A stretch of 64,000 nucleotides of DNA from Spirulina sp. (GCA_044070495.1 JBIPSI010000005.1:32001-96000); one strand, 5' to 3'; numbered from the stretch's first letter, positions 1 through 10,065 are shown. The notes: generated by a model from the sequence alone, not told the origin. Program-made: numbers and translations.

Positions 1-1
1 T

Positions 2-79
2 GCGCTTAGTGGGGAGGAGGATCTGGATCTAGGTGCCTTCGAGCCGATTGATTTTGACGATATTCGTGGAGCGTGGTGA
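2..79 (+). CDS. tnsB: C-terminal end of TnsB transposase (partial, runs in from upstream of window)
   Basis: Open frame ALSGEEDLDLGAFEPIDFDDIRGAW-stop (TGA 77-79), 2 nt before tnsC ATG; acidic/aromatic tail resembles the V-K TnsB C-terminal TnsC-binding hook; position fits. Confidence 0.75.
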   Translation, partial: ALSGEEDLDLGAFEPIDFDDIRGAW

Positions 80-81
80 GC

Positions 82-912
82 ATGACACAAGCAAAGGCCT
101 GGGCTGAGGTGCTAGGTGAGTCAACGCCGGATACGGACTCGCTACAGGCGGAAATCACCCGCCTACGGAAGAAAACCGTGTTGCCCCTAGAGCATGTCAG
201 CCAGCTTCACGGTTGGCTGGATGGGAAGCGCAAGGCGCGTCAGTCTTGCCGCATTGTGGGGGAATCGAGAACTGGAAAGTCGAGTGCCTGTGAGGCGTAC
301 TTTTACCGAAACAAGCCCACTCAAGCCACGGGCAAGAAGCCGATTGTCCCGGTCGTCTACATTCAGCCGCCACAGAAGTGCGGGTCGAGGGAACTGTTTA
401 AGGAGATCATCGAATTTCTCAAGTATCGGGTGGCTAAGGGGACGGTCTCTGATTTTCGGGGGCGGGCCTTTGAGGTGCTGAAGGGCTGCGAGGTCGAGAT
501 GATCGTCATCGACGAAGCGGATCGGCTGAAGCCCGAGACCTTTGCCGATGTGCGCGATTTTTACGACAAGCTGGCGATTTCGGTGGTCTTAGTCGGCACG
601 GATCGGCTGGATGCCGTCATCAAGCGAGATGAGCAGGTGTATAACCGCTTCCGAGCCTGCTACCGCTTTGGCAAGCTCTCCGGGGAGGACTTTATCAAAA
701 CGGTCAAGATTTGGGAGCAGAAGGTTTTGCTGCTGCCCGTGGCCTCTAACTTAACCAGCAAGGCGATGCAGAAAATTCTGATAGAGGCGACGGAGGGCTA
801 CATTGGCCGCATGGATGAGGTACTGCGGGAGGCGGCGATTCGTGCCTTGAGCCAGGGGCACAAGAAAATTGAGAAGTCGGTGCTGCAAGAGGTGGCTAGG
901 GAGTACAAATAA
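82..912 (+). CDS. tnsC: TnsC/TniB AAA+ ATPase of V-K CAST
   Basis: Walker A GESRTGKS, Walker B IVIDEADRL, typical V-K segments WLDGKRKARQSCR and LVGTDRLDAVIKRDEQVYNRF; ATG 82 preferred over GTG 73. Confidence 0.95.
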   Translation: MTQAKAWAEVLGESTPDTDSLQAEITRLRKKTVLPLEHVSQLHGWLDGKRKARQSCRIVGESRTGKSSACEAYFYRNKPTQATGKKPIVPVVYIQPPQKCGSRELFKEIIEFLKYRVAKGTVSDFRGRAFEVLKGCEVEMIVIDEADRLKPETFADVRDFYDKLAISVVLVGTDRLDAVIKRDEQVYNRFRACYRFGKLSGEDFIKTVKIWEQKVLLLPVASNLTSKAMQKILIEATEGYIGRMDEVLREAAIRALSQGHKKIEKSVLQEVAREYK

Positions 913-1415
913 TGGTGGAGTCTGGGATTCAGCCCTGGTTATTTGAGGTGGAACCTTACCCAGGCGAAAGCCTGAGCCATTACCTAGGGAGGTTTCGGCG
1001 ACGCAATCAACTGACACCGGGCGGGCTGGGAACCATGGCGGGCATTGGGGCGGTGGTGGCCCGTTGGGAAAAGTTTCACCTCAATCCCTATCCCACCCAG
1101 GCGCAGTTTGAGGCGCTGGGGAAGGTGCTAGGGCTATCGGCGGAGCGCCTTTGGGCCATGCTGCCACCTCAAGGAGAGGGGATGGTGCATGAGCCGATTC
1201 GGCTGTGTGGGGCCTGCTATGGGGAGAGTCCCTGTCATCGGATGGAGTGGCAATACAAGTCGGTTTGGAGGTGTGAGCGCCACAACCTCAAGCTACTCTC
1301 TAAGTGCCCTAACTGTGGGGCCAAGTTTAAGGCTCCAGCCCTTTGGGAGGATGGCTGCTGTAGTCGTTGCAAGATATCGTTTGCCATGACCGAAAAACTT
1401 CAAAAATCTAGCTAG
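912..1415 (+). CDS. tniQ: TniQ, short zinc-finger type
   Basis: PYPGESLSHYLGRFRR, ARWEKF, CxxC motifs (CGAC, CPNC, CSRC); TAATG overlap with tnsC. Confidence 0.95.
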   Translation: MVESGIQPWLFEVEPYPGESLSHYLGRFRRRNQLTPGGLGTMAGIGAVVARWEKFHLNPYPTQAQFEALGKVLGLSAERLWAMLPPQGEGMVHEPIRLCGACYGESPCHRMEWQYKSVWRCERHNLKLLSKCPNCGAKFKAPALWEDGCCSRCKISFAMTEKLQKSS

Positions 1416-2035
1416 GGCAAACTAATCTTACTTAACTCAAGCTTGTAAAACTCTTGCTTTTCATCTAAATCTTTATCCTGAAAGATCTCGTTGACTTCTG
1501 AGCTGGAGAGGCATTTTTTCTCGCAAATTATATCAGCAATGTGCGAGATTAAATCCCAATTTTCTTCGACGATTTTCCTCACTGGGTCAAGAAATCTATC
1601 GCTAGATCCTATAGGAAATCCTAGCTTCGTATATTTAGAAAAATCATCTCCTCCGCCTCCTACACTAAGAGAAGCAAAAGGCTCTTCAAATCCCCTGAAA
1701 ATATCCTCTGCTATGGATCCAGCAAATGCTATACAAGTGAAAATATATTTTTCCATCAAGTCTTCGATCAACTCTGGTGGAGTATAAGGAATGTAATTAG
1801 TCTCTCCTCCATTGTCTTTATCTATGGAAGCATTAATTACATCATATCCAAATAGTCGAATCATGAATATATGTCCTGCCTCATGATGGGCAGTTGCCTT
1901 TGCTTCTTCTTCCTGAGACTTGAATGGATTCATTGTGATTATTTTCTTTGTTAGATCGTCTGGAATTCCTGATAATCCATTCCGAATTGAATGCGATTTG
2001 CTTTCCTGATGAAGGGGAGTGCTGATAGAGATCAA
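1412..2035 (-). CDS. Standalone M41/FtsH-protease-like zinc metallopeptidase
   Basis: TAHHEAGH (HExxH), FAGSIAE third-ligand helix, GGDD; AT-rich; true start may be a downstream Met. Confidence 0.75.
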   Translation of the reverse strand: MISISTPLHQESKSHSIRNGLSGIPDDLTKKIITMNPFKSQEEEAKATAHHEAGHIFMIRLFGYDVINASIDKDNGGETNYIPYTPPELIEDLMEKYIFTCIAFAGSIAEDIFRGFEEPFASLSVGGGGDDFSKYTKLGFPIGSSDRFLDPVRKIVEENWDLISHIADIICEKKCLSSSEVNEIFQDKDLDEKQEFYKLELSKISLP

Positions 2036-2068
2036 TGCCTTCAGCGAAAATATGGGTCTTCACAATTA

Positions 2069-5000
2069 CTAAGGACTCGACTGAGCTTCTTCAAAAACTT
2101 TCTCGGCAAAATCTGGATCTTCCTGCATTTTCTTGAAAAGAGCGGGCATTTTGTCGTAGTGCTGTTTGAGAAACTGCTCTTCACTCTCGGGCAAACGGCC
2201 AGCTAGATAAATCAATTCTTCTTCATCGAGTTCTAAAATACGAGCAATCGCCCGAATAGCATCTTCCTTGGGCGGATAGTCGGCTTTATCGTTCTCTAGC
2301 TTTGACAGATAGGTGAAATTTAGTCCCACCGAGTCAGCTAGCTCTCGCTGGCTCAGCCCTTTTGCCTTCCTCGCCTGGAAGATTACCTGCCCAAAGGTTT
2401 CATCGGTGGTGTACGGGGCGACCGGCTCTCCAGCTCTTTGGGCACGGGGTTGGCGCTTGGTTTTGCCCTGCACCTCTACCCAGCCAATCAGTTGGGTAGA
2501 GAAAGCCCGTTCGGCTTGGGCTAGCCCCTGCTGCTTTAGCTCTCGGTTGAGCATGGGTTCCAGGTATTCGTGAAGTAGTCTTTGCCGCTCTTTGACTTCC
2601 CAGTTAGGGACGGCAGGGGCTTGCATCAAGACATCAATGCCTTTGCGTTCTAGGGTGGGTAGGCGTTTGCCGTTGGGGTTGGTTGCTAGAGATTTGAGGA
2701 CAAACTGTTGTTCCCCTCGTTGTCCCAAAACCTCTATCAACCACCAGGTCAACACCGCTGGCATTTCGTCATCGCCAATGACCGAGGCTCCCAGCTCTTC
2801 AGGCACAACGTTTTGCCACTTCTGTAGTGCCTGCTCCATCACCGGATGGTCTAGCCCCATGAGGTCGAGGGTTTCATTTTCGCAGGCCAGTTCCCGATTG
2901 GTGGTAAATCGCAGTAGCTTGGTGCCCTGGTCACCTCGGAGTTCAAACAGGCTGTCGCCAATGCGGACGACACTCTGTTTTTGATCTTCGAGGGCTGCCG
3001 ATAGGAAACGGATAATGCGATCTAGGCTAGCGCTGACATCGGCGAAGGGTTTGTAGTCATCAATGTTGAAGCCTTCCAGGTCTTGGAATAGCTCAAAGAC
3101 CACTTTGCGGGCCTCTGCTGCGTTGGAAAGGGCATTGGCTAATTCGTGCTGGGTGCGCTTCAAGGTTGGGTCAGACAGCGCCTGTTGATAGAGTTTTTCG
3201 TAGCTCAGGCGTTCGGAGAGTTGGCCGAGAATTTGAGCTTTCAGATCTTCGGCCACTTTGCCATGTTCGTCTACCTTGCCGACGGCTTTGGCAATTTCTT
3301 CTAGCTTTTCTTCCAGCAGCAGAAAGATTTTGCCCTCGATGGTGTCTGAGAGCACGAGGTTATAGACCTGGGCCGTATGGTTTTGCCCATAGCGGTGGAT
3401 GCGACCAATGCGCTGCTCGATATCCATCGGGTTCCAGGGCAGGTCGAAGTTAAACAGCACCCTAGCAAATTGCAGGTTGATGCCCTCTCGCCCTGCTGCG
3501 GTACAAATCAGCACGCGGGGGCCATTCTTTTGGCGGAATTTGCGCTCAGCGGCCAGCTTAGAGCCATGGTCGCCCCCTCGGAGCACTACTACGCCCTGGC
3601 CTGGGTAGGTGGTTTCGATTTCTGCGGCTAGCAGATCGACGGTGCCCAGGTAGGTGGCGAAGATCACGATTTTTTCGGTGGGGTTCTGCTTCCAGAGGTT
3701 GCCCAGGGCGATCATGAGTTTTTCGACCTTGGTTTCTCGGGCGACGGGGAAACTTTCTAGCAAAGCATTAATCCGATCGCGCTCTTCAGGCAGGGCAATT
3801 TTGACGAAGCTCACGGCAGCAGCTTCGGCCTGGCTGGCGTTGATTTCGCCGCTGTAGGCGTCCGAGCCGATTTCTAGTTCACCATCGTCGATCTTTTTGA
3901 GAATGGCGAGCTTAGCCTCGGCTAAGATGCGATCGCACTCGCCCTGGCCCATGGCATTCTCAGGCAGTTGGTACATCTGGCGAATGAGGTATCGAGCCTC
4001 ATCGAGCAGGCGCTCGCGGTTGTCGATGTCGAGTTCTTGGTCGCGCAGGATGGCTTCGTGGATGGTGAGCATCAGCAGCCGTCGCCGCAGGGTGAGGCGC
4101 ACCGCCGCGAAGCTAGAGGCGGCAATTTTTTGAAAAATGGCCATGATGAAGCCCAAGGCCCGTGCCTGGTTGCCCTGCTGCTTGGCTAGGTCAAAGCCAT
4201 CCTGGAGGTATTGGCAGAGCTTGGTGTAGAACTCCCGCTCTTCGTCGGCCATGGTGAAGGATTCGGTTTCCACTTGGCGGCGGGCAAACAGGGTGGAGCC
4301 GTCGGGCCTACAGGCATCGGCCTTGGTGCGGCGAAAGACAATGGTATTGAGGCGATGGCGATTTTCCACCATGTCGTCGGGGTTTTTGAACAGGGTGGAG
4401 TCGAGCAGGTTGGTCAGCATCCAGAAGCGGAAGTGATCGCCCTGGTGGGGGGTAGCGGAGAGCAAGATCAGATCGCGGGTGTGGTCTTTGAGCTTTTCGG
4501 CCAGCTTGTAGTTTTCGGTTTTGCGAACCCGGTTGCCGCTTTTGTAGGCATTGAGGTGATGGGCTTCGTCAAACACCACCAGATCCCAGGTGGGGGCATC
4601 GAGCAGCTTTTTAATGCGGCTAGTGCGTTTGAGGGTGTCGATGCTGACGATTAAATTGTCGTGTTTCTCAAAGGCGTTGGATTTACGGTCAAACACATCG
4701 CCTTCGCTGCCAAAGACTTCAAAATTGAGGTTAAAGACTTCGTTGAGTTCGCGATGCCAGTTGTTGACCAGGCCCGCTGGCACCACCATGAGGGCGCGGT
4801 TGAGTTCTGAGCGGCTGGCCAGTTCGCGCAGCAGCAGGGCGGTTTCAATGGTTTTGCCTAGGCCCACTTCGTCGGCGATTAGGTAGCGGCGGGGGCTGTT
4901 GGTGGCGATGCGGTGGGTAAGCACCACCTGGTGGGGCAGCAGGTCAATTTTGGCGGCGGTGAGGGCGGCGGCGCTTTCCATCAGGGGCAGGGCGTGGGCT

Positions 5001-5239
5001 TCGTGGACGAGCCAGAGCTGTCGCAGCCGTTCCCAGGTGCCAGAAACGTTGTGGATGATGCGCTCGTTTCTGGAGAGTTGGGGGGTGACGCTGGAGAGGG
5101 GCAGTTGCCGTTCGCCGCTGCCAAAGAAGACTCGCACGTAGCCGTTGCGGGGCGCTTCTAGCACCACCCCTTCGCCAAATTCGGCGTGGGTGATGCGCTT
5201 ACCGGGTTGGAGGCTGGCTTCGAGCAGTGGGTTATCCAT
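2069..5239 (-). CDS. SNF2-family helicase with C-terminal XRE-type HTH
   Basis: LIADEVGLGKT, FDEAHH, SATPHQG, GREGINLQ, QRIGRIHRYGQ; C-terminal FGQVIFQARKAKGLSQRELADSVGLNFTYLSKLEND. Confidence 0.92.
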   Translation of the reverse strand: MDNPLLEASLQPGKRITHAEFGEGVVLEAPRNGYVRVFFGSGERQLPLSSVTPQLSRNERIIHNVSGTWERLRQLWLVHEAHALPLMESAAALTAAKIDLLPHQVVLTHRIATNSPRRYLIADEVGLGKTIETALLLRELASRSELNRALMVVPAGLVNNWHRELNEVFNLNFEVFGSEGDVFDRKSNAFEKHDNLIVSIDTLKRTSRIKKLLDAPTWDLVVFDEAHHLNAYKSGNRVRKTENYKLAEKLKDHTRDLILLSATPHQGDHFRFWMLTNLLDSTLFKNPDDMVENRHRLNTIVFRRTKADACRPDGSTLFARRQVETESFTMADEEREFYTKLCQYLQDGFDLAKQQGNQARALGFIMAIFQKIAASSFAAVRLTLRRRLLMLTIHEAILRDQELDIDNRERLLDEARYLIRQMYQLPENAMGQGECDRILAEAKLAILKKIDDGELEIGSDAYSGEINASQAEAAAVSFVKIALPEERDRINALLESFPVARETKVEKLMIALGNLWKQNPTEKIVIFATYLGTVDLLAAEIETTYPGQGVVVLRGGDHGSKLAAERKFRQKNGPRVLICTAAGREGINLQFARVLFNFDLPWNPMDIEQRIGRIHRYGQNHTAQVYNLVLSDTIEGKIFLLLEEKLEEIAKAVGKVDEHGKVAEDLKAQILGQLSERLSYEKLYQQALSDPTLKRTQHELANALSNAAEARKVVFELFQDLEGFNIDDYKPFADVSASLDRIIRFLSAALEDQKQSVVRIGDSLFELRGDQGTKLLRFTTNRELACENETLDLMGLDHPVMEQALQKWQNVVPEELGASVIGDDEMPAVLTWWLIEVLGQRGEQQFVLKSLATNPNGKRLPTLERKGIDVLMQAPAVPNWEVKERQRLLHEYLEPMLNRELKQQGLAQAERAFSTQLIGWVEVQGKTKRQPRAQRAGEPVAPYTTDETFGQVIFQARKAKGLSQRELADSVGLNFTYLSKLENDKADYPPKEDAIRAIARILELDEEELIYLAGRLPESEEQFLKQHYDKMPALFKKMQEDPDFAEKVFEEAQSSP

Positions 5240-5297
5240 GGCGGTGGGGGAGGGAACTCCGGTGGGGGTGGGGAAATTTGAGGCAACCTGGGCCAGG

Positions 5298-5822
5298 TTA
5301 GGAAATGCGCTCTAGGTAAAGACCAATCCAATCGGGGCCTTCGAGGTCGGTGTTGGTGGGGGCATCGGCACGCAGAAGGTGGCCCGCATCGGTGGCGGCT
5401 CCGGCCCACAGGGCACGGCCCATGGCGAGGGTTTGGGCATTGTACCTGCCGCCACAGGCCCAGGTGTAGGCGTTGGTGGCGGGCTGGTGTTTGATGCGTT
5501 TTTGCCCCTGGGGGAGCCAGAAGAGCAACCCGGCTTGGCCTTCGTACTCGTCTTGGAAGCTGAGGATGGCGGGCTGGATAGTGTCTTCGAGGAATTGTTG
5601 GCCGTCGTCGGGGGAGAGGCTATCGAGGGCACCGTCTAACCCGGCGACGACGAGGGTGTTGCCATGGCTGGAGGGCAGGTCATCGGGCCAGTGCTCCTGT
5701 AGGCGCAGAAACTGTCGCAGGGAATAGACTTCGTCGGGGGCGGCGATGGTGGCCAATTTTTCGGCATTCCACAAGAGGGCCATGCCGTTTTTATGCCAGT
5801 TGGGGTTTCGCACGGGTCGCAT
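5298..5822 (-). CDS. Hypothetical 174-aa protein of the DUF499 operon
   Basis: Co-oriented, 6 nt after MTase stop; hydrophobic strand LVVAGLD may be a degenerate Walker B. Confidence 0.75.
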   Translation of the reverse strand: MRPVRNPNWHKNGMALLWNAEKLATIAAPDEVYSLRQFLRLQEHWPDDLPSSHGNTLVVAGLDGALDSLSPDDGQQFLEDTIQPAILSFQDEYEGQAGLLFWLPQGQKRIKHQPATNAYTWACGGRYNAQTLAMGRALWAGAATDAGHLLRADAPTNTDLEGPDWIGLYLERIS

Positions 5823-5828
5823 GGTGAT

Positions 5829-8800
5829 TTACTCCCCAAAGATGGACAGTTGGGTGGTGGTTTCTTGGGGATGCTTGCGCTCCCAAGTTTGCAAAATGCG
5901 GCGAGCCAAGGTGGCAGCCTGACGAATTTCGGCGGTGGCTCCCCGATCTTTGTGCCAGTCGAGCAGGGCGGCGAGGGCAGGGTGGGGTCGAAAGTTGGGG
6001 TTGTTGAGGGTGTCGTTGGCGTTGATGCCGCTGTTCTCGAAGCAGGCTCCGATGAGGATCATGGCTTGGTCGTAGTCGTTGGTGAGGCGCTGGCGGTGTT
6101 TACCATGCCAGGTTTGGGCGATTTCGAGGGGGGAGGTGAGGTAATACACTTTTTTCTGCTGCTTGCACCAGCCGCGTTCTTCAAATTCTTGGGGAGAAAT
6201 GCCCGTGCCGCGCAGGTATTTTTGCATTTGGTCGCGGGGTAGCTCGGTTTGGCGATCAAAGATTCTCAGAAATTGCCGGGTAAAGGGTTCTGCTTCGATG
6301 GGCGGCAGCACGTCGTTGGTGCTGTTTTCTTCGTCCAAAAGCTGAAAGATACCCACCAGCGCTTCTTTAACGGAAATGGGTTTGCCTTCGTCTAAATACA
6401 CTTTGCCATAGTGGCGAGAGTAATATTCTAGGGCTTTGCCTCGCTTAATGACTTGCAGATCGGCCTTGGGCAAACCTGCTTTTTCGTGCAGTTCTAAAAT
6501 GCCTTGCAGTTGGCGAACAGCGTTCAGTACCTCCCGGCGCATTTTGCCCCAGCTTACGGGTTGGGGTTCTTCCATGCGCTTGCGGCAAACGTGGACAATG
6601 TCGTATTCAATCTTTTGAGAACCAAAGGTACCCGGCTTTGAGCCTTCTCCTTTCGTTTCGTCAGAACGAATTGGGTAAGCTTGCTCTAGATAAAAGCCCG
6701 CATCAAAAAGACTTTCAAGGACATCGACCCACGGTTCATCTAAACTATGATGGAATGTAAAAGCTAGTATTCCTCCTGGCTTAAGCAATCGATTTGACTC
6801 GCTCCAGCACTGAGTTAAAAGACGCTTGTAAAAGCCATCAGGATCTTCAGGTTCCCGAGCCTTGTTTGAAAGGCATTCAAGAGCCTTTGGTGAAAATCTT
6901 GCGTCAAAATGCTCAGGATACTTTTCTTTCAGAATCAATTTAAGCCAAACATAGAAAAAGTCTGAAAGCTCTGAGTAATGAAGTAGCCCCCCAAATGGAG
7001 GATCAGTTATTACTGCATCCAAAGATTCACTGTCTCGACTTTTGATACTTGTACAAGAGGACGACTCTATCTCAAAGCTTGTTTCAACAACAGAATCAAA
7101 ACAATTAACTTTAATACTTTTCCCGCTGATTTCATCTGCAAGATAAGTTGGCAAAGATTTTTTTCCAATCAACTCCCAGGGCGAATTAAACCACGCATGG
7201 CCCTTGCGTAAGATCTCCACAGTTGAAGCCCAGGGGCCATACCCCATTGGGCTAAAAACTCCTACCTCAACAACATTAGATTTTGGATGAAAATTACTGT
7301 TTGACAATGCTGGAGCAAGTTTGTCATAGGTCATATGCCAAAAGGAAAACATGCACTGATTGCGAAGATACTGCTGAAATCCCCCTAATACGTATTCTTT
7401 GACTTTCCAAGAGTGATTATGTAAATTATCTTCGCTTATAGCTCTCAATATCTGAGCATGACCCAGTAACTGGCGGCTGTTGAACATCTTCCACCAATGG
7501 GTATACCCATGATTTGGAATCCCCCCATTATTCATGGAAGTCATAAACCCATAGGGCACCTCACTGCGAGGCCAAAAATCAGCTAAATCTTTCTCTTTGC
7601 GGGCTTCCCATTCCCGATCTGCTGCATCAAACCCAGCCGTGTTGGCTACGGGCGCAAAAAAGCGGCCCCCATAGGGCTTGTCTTCCTTCGCGCAGTCTGG
7701 GCAATAGCCCTGAATGGCATACATCGCCACCGGGCCAGTTTTGCGCGTTGCTTTTACCGTCGTCAAAATGTCCTGAGTTGTCCCACAGGCTCCACAGGCA
7801 TAGTGCGACTTCCTCGGCACCGTGCCCACATCCGTTTTTATCGTAATGCCCGTATCTGGGCAGATAACTTCCTCCGGTAATTCACCCCTCACCTCCAGCA
7901 GCTTTATCTTGCTCGCCCGTTCCCGGTTCCAAGCTGCTGTCGCCTCTGGCGTATCCGTCGCGCTGCCGCCATATTCCGTTCCATCCGGTGACATCTTCGG
8001 CGACCCTGCCAACCACTGCGGATGCACCAACAACGACAACGACACCTTCTTCTTCTGCCATCGGGGCATCACCATACCCTTCGATAGCTGCCGATGGCCA
8101 CAGTGCGGGCACGTCACCTTATTTTCCGCATCCAACACCGCATAGGGCGCTTCACCCTCCGCCACCACCAGCGACACCCCCGGTGCCATGCGGGCCTCCT
8201 GCGGTTCCTCATCAAACTTGCCGCCACACTGCTCACACTCCCGATCCAGCCATGCCTTCACCGTCAGCGTTTTCACCGCCATCACCGGGCTGCTCATAAT
8301 CGGTGTGCGGTGGCCACAGCCCGTCACCTGGCAAGGGCCATGCTTCGCCCAAAACACATAGATAATCTCCGGGCCATCGTAGCGATAATCCTTCCGTTCC
8401 TCCGGCGTCAGGCCCAGCGGGTCAAAGGTCTCATCCATCACCCGATTCGTGGAAAGCTGCGTCCACTTGCCCTTGTGCCCCCTAGGGCAATCGCAGGCAT
8501 AGAACGGCATAATCTGCGGCTTTACCTCCGCCTCAATATCCGCCAGCAGCGCCTCCACTTCTTTGATGTCTACCTGGGCCAGCTCATTCTTCACCACAAA
8601 CCAGGCCACCGGGTTTAGGTCTACCCCAAACATCTGCATCCCCAGCCGCGACCCCTCCACAACGGTGGTGCCCCCGCCCATAAAAATATCCGCCACCTTC
8701 AGATGGCTCAGCGCCCCCTTCTTCTGGTGGTTGGCGTAGTACACATCCCACACCGCCTTCGCCGCCTCCGCCGGGTCATCCGGCGCTTTCATCGCCGCCG

Positions 8801-9089
8801 CCAGCAGCAGCGCCCGAAACACACTCGACCGCCGCCGCGCCCACCACTTCGACATTTGGTAAATCGGCTTGCCCGCATTGCCCTCAATCGCCGCAATCTG
8901 GTTAATCGGCAAAATCGGGAAGTCTACCTCCAGGCACGTCTTAGGCCGATTGGGGTCAGAGAAATCCACCGTCTCCACCGCTACCGGACGGCCTGCCCCC
9001 ACCGCCTTGGCCACCTGCTCCGCCAGCCACTCTTTTTTGGTTTGCTTCTTCTCTCGTGCCACGGTTGCCCTATCCTTTGCTGATTTCAA
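5829..9089 (-). CDS. DUF1156-type adenine-specific DNA methyltransferase with zinc ribbons
   Basis: KWWARR, motif I DIFMGGG, DLNPVA, motif IV TDPPF, LKPGGILAFTFHH, several CxxC pairs. Confidence 0.9.
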   Translation of the reverse strand: MKSAKDRATVAREKKQTKKEWLAEQVAKAVGAGRPVAVETVDFSDPNRPKTCLEVDFPILPINQIAAIEGNAGKPIYQMSKWWARRRSSVFRALLLAAAMKAPDDPAEAAKAVWDVYYANHQKKGALSHLKVADIFMGGGTTVVEGSRLGMQMFGVDLNPVAWFVVKNELAQVDIKEVEALLADIEAEVKPQIMPFYACDCPRGHKGKWTQLSTNRVMDETFDPLGLTPEERKDYRYDGPEIIYVFWAKHGPCQVTGCGHRTPIMSSPVMAVKTLTVKAWLDRECEQCGGKFDEEPQEARMAPGVSLVVAEGEAPYAVLDAENKVTCPHCGHRQLSKGMVMPRWQKKKVSLSLLVHPQWLAGSPKMSPDGTEYGGSATDTPEATAAWNRERASKIKLLEVRGELPEEVICPDTGITIKTDVGTVPRKSHYACGACGTTQDILTTVKATRKTGPVAMYAIQGYCPDCAKEDKPYGGRFFAPVANTAGFDAADREWEARKEKDLADFWPRSEVPYGFMTSMNNGGIPNHGYTHWWKMFNSRQLLGHAQILRAISEDNLHNHSWKVKEYVLGGFQQYLRNQCMFSFWHMTYDKLAPALSNSNFHPKSNVVEVGVFSPMGYGPWASTVEILRKGHAWFNSPWELIGKKSLPTYLADEISGKSIKVNCFDSVVETSFEIESSSCTSIKSRDSESLDAVITDPPFGGLLHYSELSDFFYVWLKLILKEKYPEHFDARFSPKALECLSNKAREPEDPDGFYKRLLTQCWSESNRLLKPGGILAFTFHHSLDEPWVDVLESLFDAGFYLEQAYPIRSDETKGEGSKPGTFGSQKIEYDIVHVCRKRMEEPQPVSWGKMRREVLNAVRQLQGILELHEKAGLPKADLQVIKRGKALEYYSRHYGKVYLDEGKPISVKEALVGIFQLLDEENSTNDVLPPIEAEPFTRQFLRIFDRQTELPRDQMQKYLRGTGISPQEFEERGWCKQQKKVYYLTSPLEIAQTWHGKHRQRLTNDYDQAMILIGACFENSGINANDTLNNPNFRPHPALAALLDWHKDRGATAEIRQAATLARRILQTWERKHPQETTTQLSIFGE

Positions 9090-10065
9090 TAAACGGCGAC
9101 GCTACCTCCAACACACTCAGCCCCCCGTGGGTGAGCGTGGGGTAGCCGCTTTGGCCCTTCCATTTGCGACGGCCCAACACATAGCGATGGCACCCCCGGC
9201 GCGAGTCCAACACCACGTCAATCGGCGGGTTCCAGTTACCGAGAGGCTCCTTGGGGTCAGCCCATCGGCCATTCTTAAATGCAGATTTGAGATAATCGGC
9301 CTGTTCCCCATCCGCATTGGCAAACAGACTGCTAGCCGCATAGCCGTGGTCAGAGGTGATCACCAACCGCCGCCCCGTCGCCAGCCGCTCCACCAAGGCC
9401 CAAAAATCATCGCTGGTGAGGTTTTTTTCTGCCTCTAGAGCTAGCTTATCTAGCCCCGACCCAGCTTTTTCACCCAGCTCATGCACCCGATTGTCGGGCC
9501 AGTGGTGCCACAGCACCCAGTGGCGCTCTGAACCGATCATCGTTGAACAATCGATCCAGGGCAAATCTAAGCTCTCGGTCACTGCCCCTGCCAGCCGGTG
9601 CGAGTGCCCCGCCTGGTTATTGGCCAGGGCCGACCGCTGGGCAAACCCTAACGCTTGGGCAAAGGGGGTGGTATCGGCGGGCAGTTCGGCCCCCGTCACC
9701 TTGGTCTGTAGAATCTGAAACCCTCGCGCTTGGGCACCCTGGAGCAACCAGGGTACCTCCCGCAGGGAAAGGCCATCTAAAATCAGCACCGCTTTGCCCC
9801 CCAGTTGGCGATTCCACCAACTCGCTAGGGCATCGGCGGTGTGCTCCACTTCGGCATCGTAGGTCTGCCACAGATCCCAGGCGGCAGAGGCGAGGAACAG
9901 GTCAACGGCCTCCAGATCGCGATCGCGCTGCACGATGGTCGGGCCAACCTTGCCGGGCGGTACTGGCGGGCTAAAGATCTGCCACGCATAGGCAAAAATC
10001 GCCGCCCACCCCGCCGAGGCCGGAGCCGTTAAGGCCTTTTGCAGAAGTTCTAGGGAAGCCGTCAT
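9070..10065 (-). CDS. Short PglZ-like alkaline-phosphatase-fold protein
   Basis: LILDGLSLRE, PADT, ITSDHGY and HGGLS..E metal-binding motifs typical of PglZ. Confidence 0.82.
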   Translation of the reverse strand: MTASLELLQKALTAPASAGWAAIFAYAWQIFSPPVPPGKVGPTIVQRDRDLEAVDLFLASAAWDLWQTYDAEVEHTADALASWWNRQLGGKAVLILDGLSLREVPWLLQGAQARGFQILQTKVTGAELPADTTPFAQALGFAQRSALANNQAGHSHRLAGAVTESLDLPWIDCSTMIGSERHWVLWHHWPDNRVHELGEKAGSGLDKLALEAEKNLTSDDFWALVERLATGRRLVITSDHGYAASSLFANADGEQADYLKSAFKNGRWADPKEPLGNWNPPIDVVLDSRRGCHRYVLGRRKWKGQSGYPTLTHGGLSVLEVASPFIEISKG

